Translations under genes and position numbers: made by a program
IMG/VR virus record: IMGVR_UViG_3300027971_000029
Coordinates: 1-64,000 of that record
Source: a virus
Taxonomy: Duplodnaviria > Caudoviricetes
DNA length: 64,000 nucleotides
Reading direction: 5' to 3' (one strand)
The notes under the pieces: model-generated
Seen by the model: the letters and a program-made list of their open reading frames with translations, nothing else
What the model was told of the DNA's origin: nothing
Databases searched by the model: none
Shown: positions 29,464-39,725 of the stretch, in pieces
Position numbering within the stretch: the stretch's first letter is position 1
How the letters are laid out: the number at the start of each line of letters is the position of its first letter

Positions 29464-31482
29464 TTACCAAGCATCAGTAGAAGCAATTCTACTCCAAATA
29501 TTTGTCGTACCATCATAGTTTGTAGAGCAATAATAGATAAAGTTATTTGCAAGAAACACCATACCTTTAGTGTGTCCAACAATACCTTTATTTGTAGAAG
29601 GTACTGTGCCAATATGTGTTAATGTATTTGCTGTAAATGAAATTGAAGTATTGGTGATAGAACTCACACGACCATTTGCGGCTAGTGTAATAACAGGAAC
29701 TATAGTTGAGTTACCATAGACACCAGCAGTGGTAGAGATATTTGTTGTGTCAGTATTAGCTTTATCAAATGCGGCTTGACCCGTAACATTTGCAGTATTA
29801 GCTTTATCAAATGCCGCTTGACCTGTTGTTGTCGCAGTATTAGCTTTATCAAATGCCGCATTGGCTTGAGCAAAGGCAGCCAATGAAGTATTGGCACTAC
29901 TATCATAACTTGCCTGTGCAACTAGTGCAATTGTTAAAGCACTATTGGCAGTATCAAATGCACTGTTGGCATGTGTATATGCGGCATTAGCTTGAGCATA
30001 TGAACCATTACTTGTGTTTGCTGTATTAAATGCGGCCTGTGCAGTAACTGTAGCAGAGTTTGCTTGAGTATATGCGGACAACGCAACAACATTTGAAACA
30101 TTGGCTTGAGTATATGCAGAAGCGGCAACAGTATTTGCTGTGTTAGCTAATGTGTAAACTGTGTTTGAATATGCATATGCAGAATCAACTTTTACATTAA
30201 TTGTGTTCGCCCATGCGTATGAACTTGTTGCAATTGCATTGGCAAGATTTGCTAGGGTGTATGCAGTGCCTGCAAGTGTGTTTGCAGAAAGAGCATTTGC
30301 GTTTGCAGTGGCCGCCGCAGTTACAGCACCACCAGCAGTGATGATAGAATTGTTTGCCGCAGTATATGCAGAGTTTGCACGAGAAAATGCGGCATTGGCT
30401 CTATCGAATGATGCTTGAACAGCAGTAGAGTTTGCAGTTACGGCTACACTATTTGCAAGATTAAATGCGGCATTGGCATGTGCAAAAGAATTCTTTACTG
30501 AATTTGCCGTAGCGGCATTTGAAGTGCTTGTCGAGATTGTGCTATCTTCAAGTTGAACAATACCAGGAACTGAAGTTGTTGAAAGTTGAATGGTAGTGTT
30601 AGTGATTGAACTTACACGACCTTTTGTTGTTGTGGTAATAACTGGAATGCTTATCGCATTACCATATGTTCCTGGAGTGCCAACATCAATCAGACCAATG
30701 TCAATTGTATCGGTTGTTGCATTTGCAGAAACAAAAACACCATTCGACACATTTGCTGTGATTGTCAGTGTATCTGAATTACTTGATGCGACAACGCTTG
30801 TACCATTAGCGGCAATAGTGACATAAGAATTTTGTGCTACTGAGTTTGCTTTATTGAATGCGGCTTGACTGGTCACATTTGCAGTATTAGCTAATGTGTT
30901 TGCGGCATTGGCTTGTGCATATGCCGCATTGGCTTGAGGTCTAGCAAATGTGTCTGTTGTTCCAGATGACAGAGTGTTTGCAAAATTGTATGCATTCTGC
31001 GCTAGAGTTGTGCCTGCGTTAGCTTGTGTGTATCCTGAAGCCGCTACAGTGTTTGCGAGAAGTGCTAATGTATATGCAGAATTGGCTGTACTGAATGCGC
31101 CGTTGGCATAAGTTGTATTAGCAAAACCTGTGATTGCAGTATTGACGATTGAACTTACACGACCATTAGCAGAAAGGGTGACAACTGGAATATAAAATGC
31201 ATTACCATAAACTCCAGCAGTGGTAGAGATTGTGGTGTAATCTATATTGGCTTGATTGTATGCATTCTGCGCTAAAGTATTTGCTGAGTTAGCTTTTGCG
31301 AATGCACCGTCACCGGTACTCTGTGCATTGGCAGATGCGTTACCGATGGCCGTATCAAGAGCCGCAAGAGTGAACTGTTTTGTAGTACCAGATATTTTAT
31401 CCCAAACGACAAATACTGTATTTTGAGTATTCGAGGTTGCGGTCGATAGTACCGGTAAGTCTATAATTGTTTTACTAGCCAT
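29464..31482 (-). CDS. Ala/Asn-rich repetitive fibrous protein
   Basis: Many AxAQANAA/AFDKANT repeats with 7/14-residue periodicity; three GxYGN...IPV...GRVSSI motifs. Confidence 0.7.
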   Translation of the reverse strand: MASKTIIDLPVLSTATSNTQNTVFVVWDKISGTTKQFTLAALDTAIGNASANAQSTGDGAFAKANSANTLAQNAYNQANIDYTTISTTAGVYGNAFYIPVVTLSANGRVSSIVNTAITGFANTTYANGAFSTANSAYTLALLANTVAASGYTQANAGTTLAQNAYNFANTLSSGTTDTFARPQANAAYAQANAANTLANTANVTSQAAFNKANSVAQNSYVTIAANGTSVVASSNSDTLTITANVSNGVFVSANATTDTIDIGLIDVGTPGTYGNAISIPVITTTTKGRVSSITNTTIQLSTTSVPGIVQLEDSTISTSTSNAATANSVKNSFAHANAAFNLANSVAVTANSTAVQASFDRANAAFSRANSAYTAANNSIITAGGAVTAAATANANALSANTLAGTAYTLANLANAIATSSYAWANTINVKVDSAYAYSNTVYTLANTANTVAASAYTQANVSNVVALSAYTQANSATVTAQAAFNTANTSNGSYAQANAAYTHANSAFDTANSALTIALVAQASYDSSANTSLAAFAQANAAFDKANTATTTGQAAFDKANTANVTGQAAFDKANTDTTNISTTAGVYGNSTIVPVITLAANGRVSSITNTSISFTANTLTHIGTVPSTNKGIVGHTKGMVFLANNFIYYCSTNYDGTTNIWSRIASTDAW
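29751..29859. repeat. 42-bp coding tandem repeat (~2.6 copies)
   Basis: cagtattagctttatcaaatgc recurs at 42-bp spacing; encodes QAAFDKANT. Confidence 0.8.
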
Positions 31483-31490
31483 GTTTTACC

Positions 31491-34139
31491 CTAGTTGAAA
31501 AGTAGTGTCTCTTCATTTTCTGTTTGTAAATATTCCAAATTCTCTGTCTGAATTGCCTCAACAACCGTCACGATTGTAACAATTGTGTTTCCGTTCGAAG
31601 TATATGTGAACGGAGAAGTTACTGTCAATGATGTATTACTTATAATGTTATTAACTGTTCGTATTTCATTATTTACAAGAACAGAACATCCAATAGTAAT
31701 TGTACCATTTGTATTTGCCACATTGAACAATGTACCCGTACCAGTCACCACAATACTCGCATTAGCAACATTGACTGTACCAGTAAGAGTTGTTTCACGA
31801 GAAACTTGTCCGGTTTTAGCAGAAGTTGCTCTCTGTGGAGTGACTGTTTTCTGAATCATGTATTCAGCAAACATTCTGGTTCCTGAAGGATGAATCAAAT
31901 CTTTTAAAACTTGACTATATTTATTGAAGTCGGTTTGAGACTGAATCACATATGAATAATTCTGATAATAGTCTCTATCTTGAATTCTTCTGTCTGAACT
32001 CAATAAACCATCAGTTGTTGTGAACTTACCTTCATAGGTAAACTGAGAACTTAACAATATTGCAACAGCATTCGCTAAACCATTACCTAACCCTGTTAAA
32101 TTGATAGTTGGCACAGTCTCATATTGCGAACCAGGATTTGTCAAAAGAATAGACCTGATTTGTCCTGGATCGAATTCAGCATCTGCTAATAGTGATTCAC
32201 CATCACCATATATTGCTTCAGAAATAAGAATTGCATTATTTCCTGTTGCTGTTGTGACTGTGATTGTTGGTAGCAAATGTTGTTCATACAATTCACCACC
32301 AATATATGTTCTATCGTAAATGCCAATCGATGCATTCGATGTTGTTGCTGTCCATTGTACATTCACATTGGCACTTGTTGCACTTGAAATTGCATTGATG
32401 AATCTGGTCTGATTACTGATTTCAATCTTATCACCAATACGCAATTCAGTATTAAAAGCAGTACCAGTACCAACAATTGTAACACCACTTGCAGTCACAT
32501 TAGCACGACCAGTTATTCTTGGCGGTGCAAATTGAATTGTTTTGATTCCATTATTTGAAGAATGAAGTCCGGACACTCTAGCATATGCACCCCAACCACT
32601 GCCACCAACAGGAGTTGCAAACTGCAATTCATCACCTACTGTATAATTTGAGCCACCATTTGCTACATTGATTTTACCAAGAATACCTAATGTGACAATG
32701 CTTGTATTGCCTGTGGCTGAGCCGCCGCTTGTATTTGATGTTGAGAATGAGATAGTTGGTCCAACAGCATTCAATGATGGTAGTGATGCAAACTCAAATG
32801 TACTTGATAGAACAATGACATTGCTGATTGGACCCAAACCAGTGATGCTGGCATATGATAATGCATCTACAATTCTTGTTGCAGAATTTTCGCCTGTTGG
32901 TATAACTGTAGCAGGAAAACCATAATCTGAGTCTGTTATTGTTTTACCTTCATATAGAGAAATGATATCTGAATTAACATTGATTGTGTTTGGATGAATA
33001 TTACTTGTAGAATTTACAGTATTGATAGCCATCGTCAGTCCGGTGTTTGGTGTAGTTGTGATGAGAACTTCACCACCAACTTTGAAGCCAGCACCACCAC
33101 GAACAATAAGTACTCTAGAAATTAATGCACTATAGACTTCATTGATAATAGCAGATGCCGGTGATTCAGGACTACCACCAACGATTGGAACAGCATCACC
33201 AATATTATAACTTGCACCACCAGAGACAATATTAATCTCTTTCAAAACAGAGAGAGACTTAAAGTATAAAGTTAAATAATTAGTGTCTTCATAAAAATAT
33301 TTACCAGTAACATTTTCACCTTGAATGAACGAAACTTCTTTACTGAGATTTGAAATGAAGATTTCATTTACATTTAATAGACCAACAATAATTTCTTCTG
33401 CATTTTCAGATATTGCAGTAGCGCCAGATGTTTCGCCAGTGAAAGAGAGAACTACTTGAGTGCCATCAGTTCTACTAATATTTTCAATAATATTAGATGA
33501 TGTATAATTCAATTTGATTATTGAATTATTTGCTGGTGCTGTATTAAATGTAACAATTGGATCATTTGGAGAAATGGTGTAACCATTTGCTGTGGTACAA
33601 TTGGAAGTTTGCAAAACATCATTGACATAAACTTCAAGGTTTGAAGGGCTTGCGACTTCAAACAACCTAAAAACTTTTGTACTACCATTACCTGTTGCAA
33701 GATGATAAAAGTCAGGTAAGAAACGAATAGATTGTCTCTTAATCCATTTACCTGATGATAGTCTTAGAATGTTATCTTTAGGATAGAAGATTTCAATCTC
33801 TTCACCATATAATGCTCTGAATAGAAAACGATATGCTTTCTCTGTACCTTTGGCACGCCAAAAGTCTCTAATGTGTTTAACTAAAAACGCTTTGTTGGCA
33901 AGTGTTTCAGCAGGAATTGATTGTAAAAACTTGCGGCGAAAGTATTCTTCAAAATCAGTAAGAGTATTATCTACATCGAAATAATTTAAAAGATTTCTAC
34001 CAAAATCTGTTGCCTTGTTTGTTTGCTCCAAATACTCATAGTAGGCTTCAACGAAGGCCACAAATGTATCGTAGTCTGCCCGAATAAATTCAGGCAGTTG
34101 CTCACGAACAACGGTTGATAACTTATTAGTTATTGACAT
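31491..34139 (-). CDS. Baseplate wedge protein (gp7-like)
   Basis: QLPEFIR, YYEYLE, AKGTEKAYRFLFRALYGE, RIQDRDYYQNYSYVI, IHPSG; lies between gp6 and gp8. Confidence 0.8.
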   Translation of the reverse strand: MSITNKLSTVVREQLPEFIRADYDTFVAFVEAYYEYLEQTNKATDFGRNLLNYFDVDNTLTDFEEYFRRKFLQSIPAETLANKAFLVKHIRDFWRAKGTEKAYRFLFRALYGEEIEIFYPKDNILRLSSGKWIKRQSIRFLPDFYHLATGNGSTKVFRLFEVASPSNLEVYVNDVLQTSNCTTANGYTISPNDPIVTFNTAPANNSIIKLNYTSSNIIENISRTDGTQVVLSFTGETSGATAISENAEEIIVGLLNVNEIFISNLSKEVSFIQGENVTGKYFYEDTNYLTLYFKSLSVLKEINIVSGGASYNIGDAVPIVGGSPESPASAIINEVYSALISRVLIVRGGAGFKVGGEVLITTTPNTGLTMAINTVNSTSNIHPNTINVNSDIISLYEGKTITDSDYGFPATVIPTGENSATRIVDALSYASITGLGPISNVIVLSSTFEFASLPSLNAVGPTISFSTSNTSGGSATGNTSIVTLGILGKINVANGGSNYTVGDELQFATPVGGSGWGAYARVSGLHSSNNGIKTIQFAPPRITGRANVTASGVTIVGTGTAFNTELRIGDKIEISNQTRFINAISSATSANVNVQWTATTSNASIGIYDRTYIGGELYEQHLLPTITVTTATGNNAILISEAIYGDGESLLADAEFDPGQIRSILLTNPGSQYETVPTINLTGLGNGLANAVAILLSSQFTYEGKFTTTDGLLSSDRRIQDRDYYQNYSYVIQSQTDFNKYSQVLKDLIHPSGTRMFAEYMIQKTVTPQRATSAKTGQVSRETTLTGTVNVANASIVVTGTGTLFNVANTNGTITIGCSVLVNNEIRTVNNIISNTSLTVTSPFTYTSNGNTIVTIVTVVEAIQTENLEYLQTENEETLLFN

Positions 34140-36180
34140 TTCTTAGTCTAGGAGTTACAACAATAGAATCAGTTGCATCAGTATCAATCAAAAGAATTTG
34201 ATTTTTTCTTGAGTCAATAATTTTTGTTTCAGGTTCAATTGCAATACGAATATCACTGTGGTCCGAATCTAGTGCTTCAATTTTAAAGTTGTTAAGAACA
34301 ATCAAGCCAGTATCATAGTTGATTGTACCTGCTTCTGCATTGATAATAATCTTCTCAGCCAACTCATTGAAATAAAAGGTTCTGAGTGTACCAAAACGAG
34401 CCGCTACAATTGCAGTTCCTTTAGCACCAAAACCATCACCGCCTGTGATAGTAACAATAGCACGACTATAACCAGTGCCACGAGTTATCATAGTAATTTT
34501 TGTAACTTTACCATTTACAATGGTTGCTTCAGCAGTCGCACCAGAACCATCGCCAGTAATAGTTATGGTCGGCGCTTCAAGATAGTTGTAACCAGAGTCA
34601 ATAACAATTACTTCATCGACACCAGTGAATGAATTTGGTGCTTCATCAAGATAAGAAAGACGATATGTACCAGAGGCATCATTAACATAAAATGGAGTAG
34701 AGTCTAATGAATCATACAAGCCACCACCACCACCACGATGTAGTGGCATGGCATAATCGATGTAGTAAGTTTTCAATGCATTTAATTGTGGCATGAACCT
34801 TTTCTCAACACGAGTTTTGATTTCGTTACCAACAATACCTGATGAGACACTATCAATTAAACTTTGTAATTTTGATTGAACAAAAATTACACCAAATTGT
34901 TGTAGATTTGTTTCGTTGTAAGTAACCACTGCGTTTCGAGCCAATGTCGCAATTTGATTCTGAGTTAATGTTGTGAGAGTCAAATCAACTTCAACAGTAA
35001 CATCAAATTTCAAGTAGATGTACTCAGGGTCTACAATTTCTGGTGTGACCGTCACAAGGCATAGTGGTTTAATATACTCATTTACAATTCTAGCCTTTTC
35101 TGTATCGTTGATTAAAACGCCAGATTTTGGTTTGAATGAGATATAAACTTTTCCATAGATTGGTGGTGTGTTTTCTTCTCCACCCCAAACAGAAACCGTA
35201 TCAATAGCAGGATAGTTTTGTTTCAATAGAACTTCAAAATCAGAAGTTGTCACTGCACGGTTTTGTGAACTGTAATAATGTGGCGCATTGAACTTAATCG
35301 ATTGAATTGTTTCTCTTTCAGCACCTGCCGATGCCGCAGTATTTGCGTTGATAACAACTTGATTGTAACCAGAAATAGAACCGGTAGTAAAAGAGTTTGC
35401 TTTGTTGGCCGCTTCTGCACTTGAAGAAACATAAGAAATAATGACAATGTTTCCATTTGCAAGATTGCTACCAACAACACCATCACCGAACTTAATCTTA
35501 TAGGTATCATCAAGTGAGCCTTCTAAGAAATACACTTTTGAATTGGCATTGATTTCTGTAGCATCGGTCGATATTGTATAAGTATGAGAATCAGTATTCG
35601 ATGATGATGCTTGAACTGTAACCAAAATAGTTGAAGTGTCTACATTGATATCACTAATTAGAAACTCTCTCTTTGGATTTAAAGCAGTGTTATATCCATA
35701 ATTCAATACCCTAGGGAATCCTTCTACAATTTCAATACCTTTAATATTGAACACTCCACAATCACGAATTGTGGTATATGATTTTGTTGTGACAAAGTTA
35801 TAATTTACGCCATCGATTGATTCAGAGAAAAATTCTTGAAAACGAGGTATAGTTAATGTGCCAGCATTGTCTGTTGGAATAATACCAATATCAATTGTTG
35901 CAATTGCAGAACGGCGAGATACTGGAGTGTATCCAATATGTTTAGCATGTGACACTACAGAATTTCTAACAACAGCACTATCCAAGAACATCTCATTGGC
36001 AACCATGTTCTGATAGTATGCATTGTAGTGAGTATTGTATGCTAGAATATCCAGCAATACGGAAATACTCGAACCTTCAAAATCATAATCGGTAAATGCC
36101 GATTGATTGCGAAGATAGTTTTTTAAATTGTTTCGAATAGAAACAAAATCTAATTCGGTTATAGTTAGTTTATCTGCCAT
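34126..36180 (-). CDS. gp6: Baseplate wedge subunit
   Basis: FTDYDFEGS, LLDILAYNTHY, NEMFLDSA, QNRAVT, VWGGEE...YGKVYI. Confidence 0.95.
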   Translation of the reverse strand: MADKLTITELDFVSIRNNLKNYLRNQSAFTDYDFEGSSISVLLDILAYNTHYNAYYQNMVANEMFLDSAVVRNSVVSHAKHIGYTPVSRRSAIATIDIGIIPTDNAGTLTIPRFQEFFSESIDGVNYNFVTTKSYTTIRDCGVFNIKGIEIVEGFPRVLNYGYNTALNPKREFLISDINVDTSTILVTVQASSSNTDSHTYTISTDATEINANSKVYFLEGSLDDTYKIKFGDGVVGSNLANGNIVIISYVSSSAEAANKANSFTTGSISGYNQVVINANTAASAGAERETIQSIKFNAPHYYSSQNRAVTTSDFEVLLKQNYPAIDTVSVWGGEENTPPIYGKVYISFKPKSGVLINDTEKARIVNEYIKPLCLVTVTPEIVDPEYIYLKFDVTVEVDLTLTTLTQNQIATLARNAVVTYNETNLQQFGVIFVQSKLQSLIDSVSSGIVGNEIKTRVEKRFMPQLNALKTYYIDYAMPLHRGGGGGLYDSLDSTPFYVNDASGTYRLSYLDEAPNSFTGVDEVIVIDSGYNYLEAPTITITGDGSGATAEATIVNGKVTKITMITRGTGYSRAIVTITGGDGFGAKGTAIVAARFGTLRTFYFNELAEKIIINAEAGTINYDTGLIVLNNFKIEALDSDHSDIRIAIEPETKIIDSRKNQILLIDTDATDSIVVTPRLRNVNN

Positions 36181-36567
36181 TTATCGAATCCGTTCAAGCA
36201 GGAAGTCTGCTGTAATTGGGTTTGTTTTCATATCAATGAAAAATTCAATTCTAACATCATATGCATTATTATCTTCATTAGGAATAACATCAACTCTTCT
36301 CACTCTTGCACGAGGCTCAAAGTTAGCAATTGTTTGCTCAATCATTTTTTGAAGGTCAGATGCTGTAAAAACTGAAACAGGTTCAAACAACAATTTTCTG
36401 ACATTAGAACCTAATTCTGGATTGAAAGGTCTTTCATAGTGATTAGTCAGAATTAAATTTCTGATTGCAAACGCTACAGCATTTTCATCTTTTTTAGTCA
36501 CCAAGTCTTTTTTGACTGGATGAATGCCAAAATTTAAGTCTAAATCCGAATAAGTGTATGTAGCCAT
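36181..36567 (-). CDS. gp25: Baseplate wedge subunit
   Basis: YSDLDLNF, IRNLILT..YERPFNP.LGS, NFEPR. Confidence 0.93.
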   Translation of the reverse strand: MATYTYSDLDLNFGIHPVKKDLVTKKDENAVAFAIRNLILTNHYERPFNPELGSNVRKLLFEPVSVFTASDLQKMIEQTIANFEPRARVRRVDVIPNEDNNAYDVRIEFFIDMKTNPITADFLLERIR

Positions 36568-36576
36568 AGATATTAT

Positions 36577-37344
36577 TTATGTCAACTTTTTCAGAAGAGT
36601 GTCAGTTCCTACTGTTTCCATGATGAACTTTCCGCATGGGTCTTTCACAATAGCACCAATAGCCATTGCAAGAGCCGCAGATTTTAATTGCTCAATAGAG
36701 TTTTCAATAAATTGTGAATCCTTACTTATGATAGCATTCACGATTGTAGCAATTCCTGCAACAGTTGCTGTGATATCTGCAATTGTTGCAATACCTTTAT
36801 TGATTTGGTCTACTATTTTTGCAATATCATTTGCGGCCGCATCGATATCGTCACCAGAGAAAATACCAGTCATACCACCAACAATGTTGAGACAACCTTT
36901 AGCACCATCAATGACATTCGCCATATCGTTCATTGATTTACCAATACTTAAAACTTGTTCAAGTCCTGGCGCATCTATACCTGCACCTTTTAGAGTTCCT
37001 GATAATCTATTTGTGTGTCCCAAAAAGTTGCTCATCGAAGTCTGCAAATTTCCTATTCCGCCGCCAGCCAAATATGCTGTTGCGGCACCAGCACTTATAT
37101 TTGGATTTATTATCGCACCGGTAGAAATTGCAGTTAATGTTGTTGTTAATGAATTGACCTGACTAGTCACACCACTAATTGTATCAGTCAAAGGATTATT
37201 GAACAATGCCGCACGATTTTCTGTGACTGAACTAATCAAATCTTTAGACTGTGCAGTGAGACCAGACACTGGTGGCGCACCCTCAGGCAAATTACGCAAT
37301 GCGGTGATTGCTAAAATTGAAGTTGTATCTAAACTAAAAGCCAT
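36577..37344 (-). CDS. Hypothetical helical protein in baseplate cluster
   Basis: 255-aa ORF tightly packed between PAAR and gp25. Confidence 0.7.
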   Translation of the reverse strand: MAFSLDTTSILAITALRNLPEGAPPVSGLTAQSKDLISSVTENRAALFNNPLTDTISGVTSQVNSLTTTLTAISTGAIINPNISAGAATAYLAGGGIGNLQTSMSNFLGHTNRLSGTLKGAGIDAPGLEQVLSIGKSMNDMANVIDGAKGCLNIVGGMTGIFSGDDIDAAANDIAKIVDQINKGIATIADITATVAGIATIVNAIISKDSQFIENSIEQLKSAALAMAIGAIVKDPCGKFIMETVGTDTLLKKLT

Positions 37345-37347
37345 TAA

Positions 37348-37632
37348 TTACCCCGAAAAAACATTAGGTGAACCTGTCACCATTGTTGAACCACAATCAA
37401 TTGCATCACCGATTCTACAGAGAGGAATACCATTTGCAGAAACAGTAGATGATCCTCCAATTGCACTTCCTGTATGACTTGATGTAGCACTGTGAATATC
37501 CCAAGCATCACCCATTCTGTGTACAGGTATACCATTGACAAAAACATTCGTTGAACCACTCACACTTGGGCGTGGTGAATAGCTGTCATGTCCTGAACAA
37601 CTATCACCTAATCTAACTACAGGCATTGACAT
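37348..37632 (-). CDS. PAAR-like spike tip protein (gp5.4-like)
   Basis: PVVRLGD, PVHRMGD and PLCRIGD repeats with Cys/His; follows gp5. Confidence 0.9.
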   Translation of the reverse strand: MSMPVVRLGDSCSGHDSYSPRPSVSGSTNVFVNGIPVHRMGDAWDIHSATSSHTGSAIGGSSTVSANGIPLCRIGDAIDCGSTMVTGSPNVFSG

Positions 37633-39725
37633 TATAAGGTCGTTGTTCTGGCGCCCGCTGTAAGTCTTACAGCAATAGGGCTATCAAAGTTTGATGAGAC
37701 TGTCCAATCTCTACTAATGTAAGTCACAACCAATTCTTTTCCATCAAATAAAAAATTAGTTAAATTTAAAGTATTGTTTTGATTGCCACCAAGAATTTTA
37801 ATCACTGCTGTTGTAGGATCATACCCACGATAAAATCCAACATGTCCAAATCCTGGTCTTGTTTTTGATGAGAAGACAACAATATCATTCAATCTCCATT
37901 GAGAAGGATCGTTCAATGGTAATGATTTACCATATCCTTTGTATCCTTGTGAAGCTAGAGTTTGTTTTCCTGGAAAGCAATTTGTTTTTAATGCATAGCT
38001 TACAAATCCTGCACACCATGCAGTTTGGTCTGTTGGATCACCCGCTCTACCCACGGCAGAATATAATTTAAGAATTTTAGGATTTCCTGGTTTACCTGGA
38101 CCATTTTCACGCCAACCACCAATTATCAATTCATTATCAAGCCATGCACATAGTTTCTTGTATTTTTCTTGAGGGCTTTGACCAATTGCACAATCTGCTG
38201 GTGGCGTTGTGTCTGGAATTTTAGCAGGAACTTCTGTTCCATCTGGTTTTGTTATTGGCTCTGGAAGAGGAACTGCACCGGCACCTTTCAAAGCAGGAGG
38301 AACATTTGGATCTTTTTTACTTTCTTCTACACCCTTTTTCTCATAATCGGTGAGTGGTGTTTGTTTAGGTTCATCGGTGCGTTCAGCAATTTTAAATGTT
38401 CTTGGGTCAGGATTTTCTCTACCACTTCCTGGATTCAATTGCACTGTTGACCCTTGAATAGTTGTTGTTGAATCTGAATAGAGTTTTGATTCTCCTTTTG
38501 CTTCCATCTTCAAAGAACCAGAAATATTAAAATCAGCATCACCACCAACTTCAAGACAAAAGTTTCCTTTTGCCTTCATGTTAATATTATTTTCAACAGT
38601 GATATTACAATTGCCAGCGACATAGATGTTAGAATCTGCTAATGTTATTTGATAATTGCTTTTTCTTGATTTTATAACTATATCGCCATCAGGATGCATT
38701 TCGATAAATGTTCCCATTCTGTGATATAGATGAACTCTTTCAGCATCCCTAGTATCATCTAATTCAAATACATGCCCAGACTTAGTTTCCATAACCATGT
38801 TATGTGGAAATTTTGCATTGTATTTTGTCTCTGGTTCTGAAAATGAACCACCACACGCAATAGGAACACTTTGAACTTTAGTTTCTTTTTTAGGACCAAC
38901 AATAGTTTCTGCGGGTTTATAGTTACGAGCCAATCGTGAATTGGTTGGTTCATTTAATCTTTTTGGACTTGGATTTGGTTCGGCCGCATCTGCTTCTTTT
39001 TTTTCAACAATTGTTTCTGTTGGGTCGAATATTGTATCTGCTATATTTGCCGTATTGGCTTCAGGATCATCTTCTGGAAGAGGATTCTTTTTAAAGAAGT
39101 AATTGAAAAGGTCATCTATTAATGCAAGACTTGATGCTCCTGAAACACCACCAACAGTGCCATAAAAAGAATTTGTTTCTTTTACTTTGGCGGCCGCAAG
39201 AGGAACAAAAGTTGGACTATTCATTGCCGATGCATAATTTGGCACCGAACTTTTCAGAATCAAGGCTGCCACTGTTGCACTGACATTTGGATTTGTTTTT
39301 AGTGTATCTGGATTATCGACAATATCAATTTTGATACTATCGACTTTAGCTAACTTCTGATATTTGATACGCTCTTCAAGTGTGATGATTGGTAAAATAT
39401 CACCTGTAACACCAACAATAGCAATCAATGCACATTTAGCCACTTTAGTAGTTAAGCCAACATCATCACAAGCATTAATAATTGCGGCGATATTTGTTGG
39501 TGTTAAAACTGATAGATTAATGTCTAAGTTTGTTGGAGGAACTCTCGGAATACTTTCATTGATTTTTTGAATAGTATTGTTGACAGTGATTGTAATATTT
39601 GCAATCAATGGATTACCAAAGCCATCATAAACTATTTCGCCACAATGGTCTCTCAAAAATCCTGTAGTGTTTGAGGTCGGCGCTGTATTAGCAATGATTG
39701 TGTATGGTTGAAAAAGAGTCGCCAT
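37632..39725 (-). CDS. gp5: Baseplate spike, C-terminal part: beta-helix plus TIGR02594/CHAP-like peptidoglycan hydrolase domain
   Basis: ETKSGHVFELDDT...ERVHLYHR.GTFIEMHPDG, then beta-helix, then TAWCAGFV...GHVGFY...ILGGNQ. Confidence 0.85.
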   Translation of the reverse strand: MATLFQPYTIIANTAPTSNTTGFLRDHCGEIVYDGFGNPLIANITITVNNTIQKINESIPRVPPTNLDINLSVLTPTNIAAIINACDDVGLTTKVAKCALIAIVGVTGDILPIITLEERIKYQKLAKVDSIKIDIVDNPDTLKTNPNVSATVAALILKSSVPNYASAMNSPTFVPLAAAKVKETNSFYGTVGGVSGASSLALIDDLFNYFFKKNPLPEDDPEANTANIADTIFDPTETIVEKKEADAAEPNPSPKRLNEPTNSRLARNYKPAETIVGPKKETKVQSVPIACGGSFSEPETKYNAKFPHNMVMETKSGHVFELDDTRDAERVHLYHRMGTFIEMHPDGDIVIKSRKSNYQITLADSNIYVAGNCNITVENNINMKAKGNFCLEVGGDADFNISGSLKMEAKGESKLYSDSTTTIQGSTVQLNPGSGRENPDPRTFKIAERTDEPKQTPLTDYEKKGVEESKKDPNVPPALKGAGAVPLPEPITKPDGTEVPAKIPDTTPPADCAIGQSPQEKYKKLCAWLDNELIIGGWRENGPGKPGNPKILKLYSAVGRAGDPTDQTAWCAGFVSYALKTNCFPGKQTLASQGYKGYGKSLPLNDPSQWRLNDIVVFSSKTRPGFGHVGFYRGYDPTTAVIKILGGNQNNTLNLTNFLFDGKELVVTYISRDWTVSSNFDSPIAVRLTAGARTTTL

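Noticed and set aside
29751-29859. CRISPR-like repeat-spacer pattern
   Set aside because: The period is 42 bp, in frame within a protein repeat, and the intervening sequences are similar to each other.
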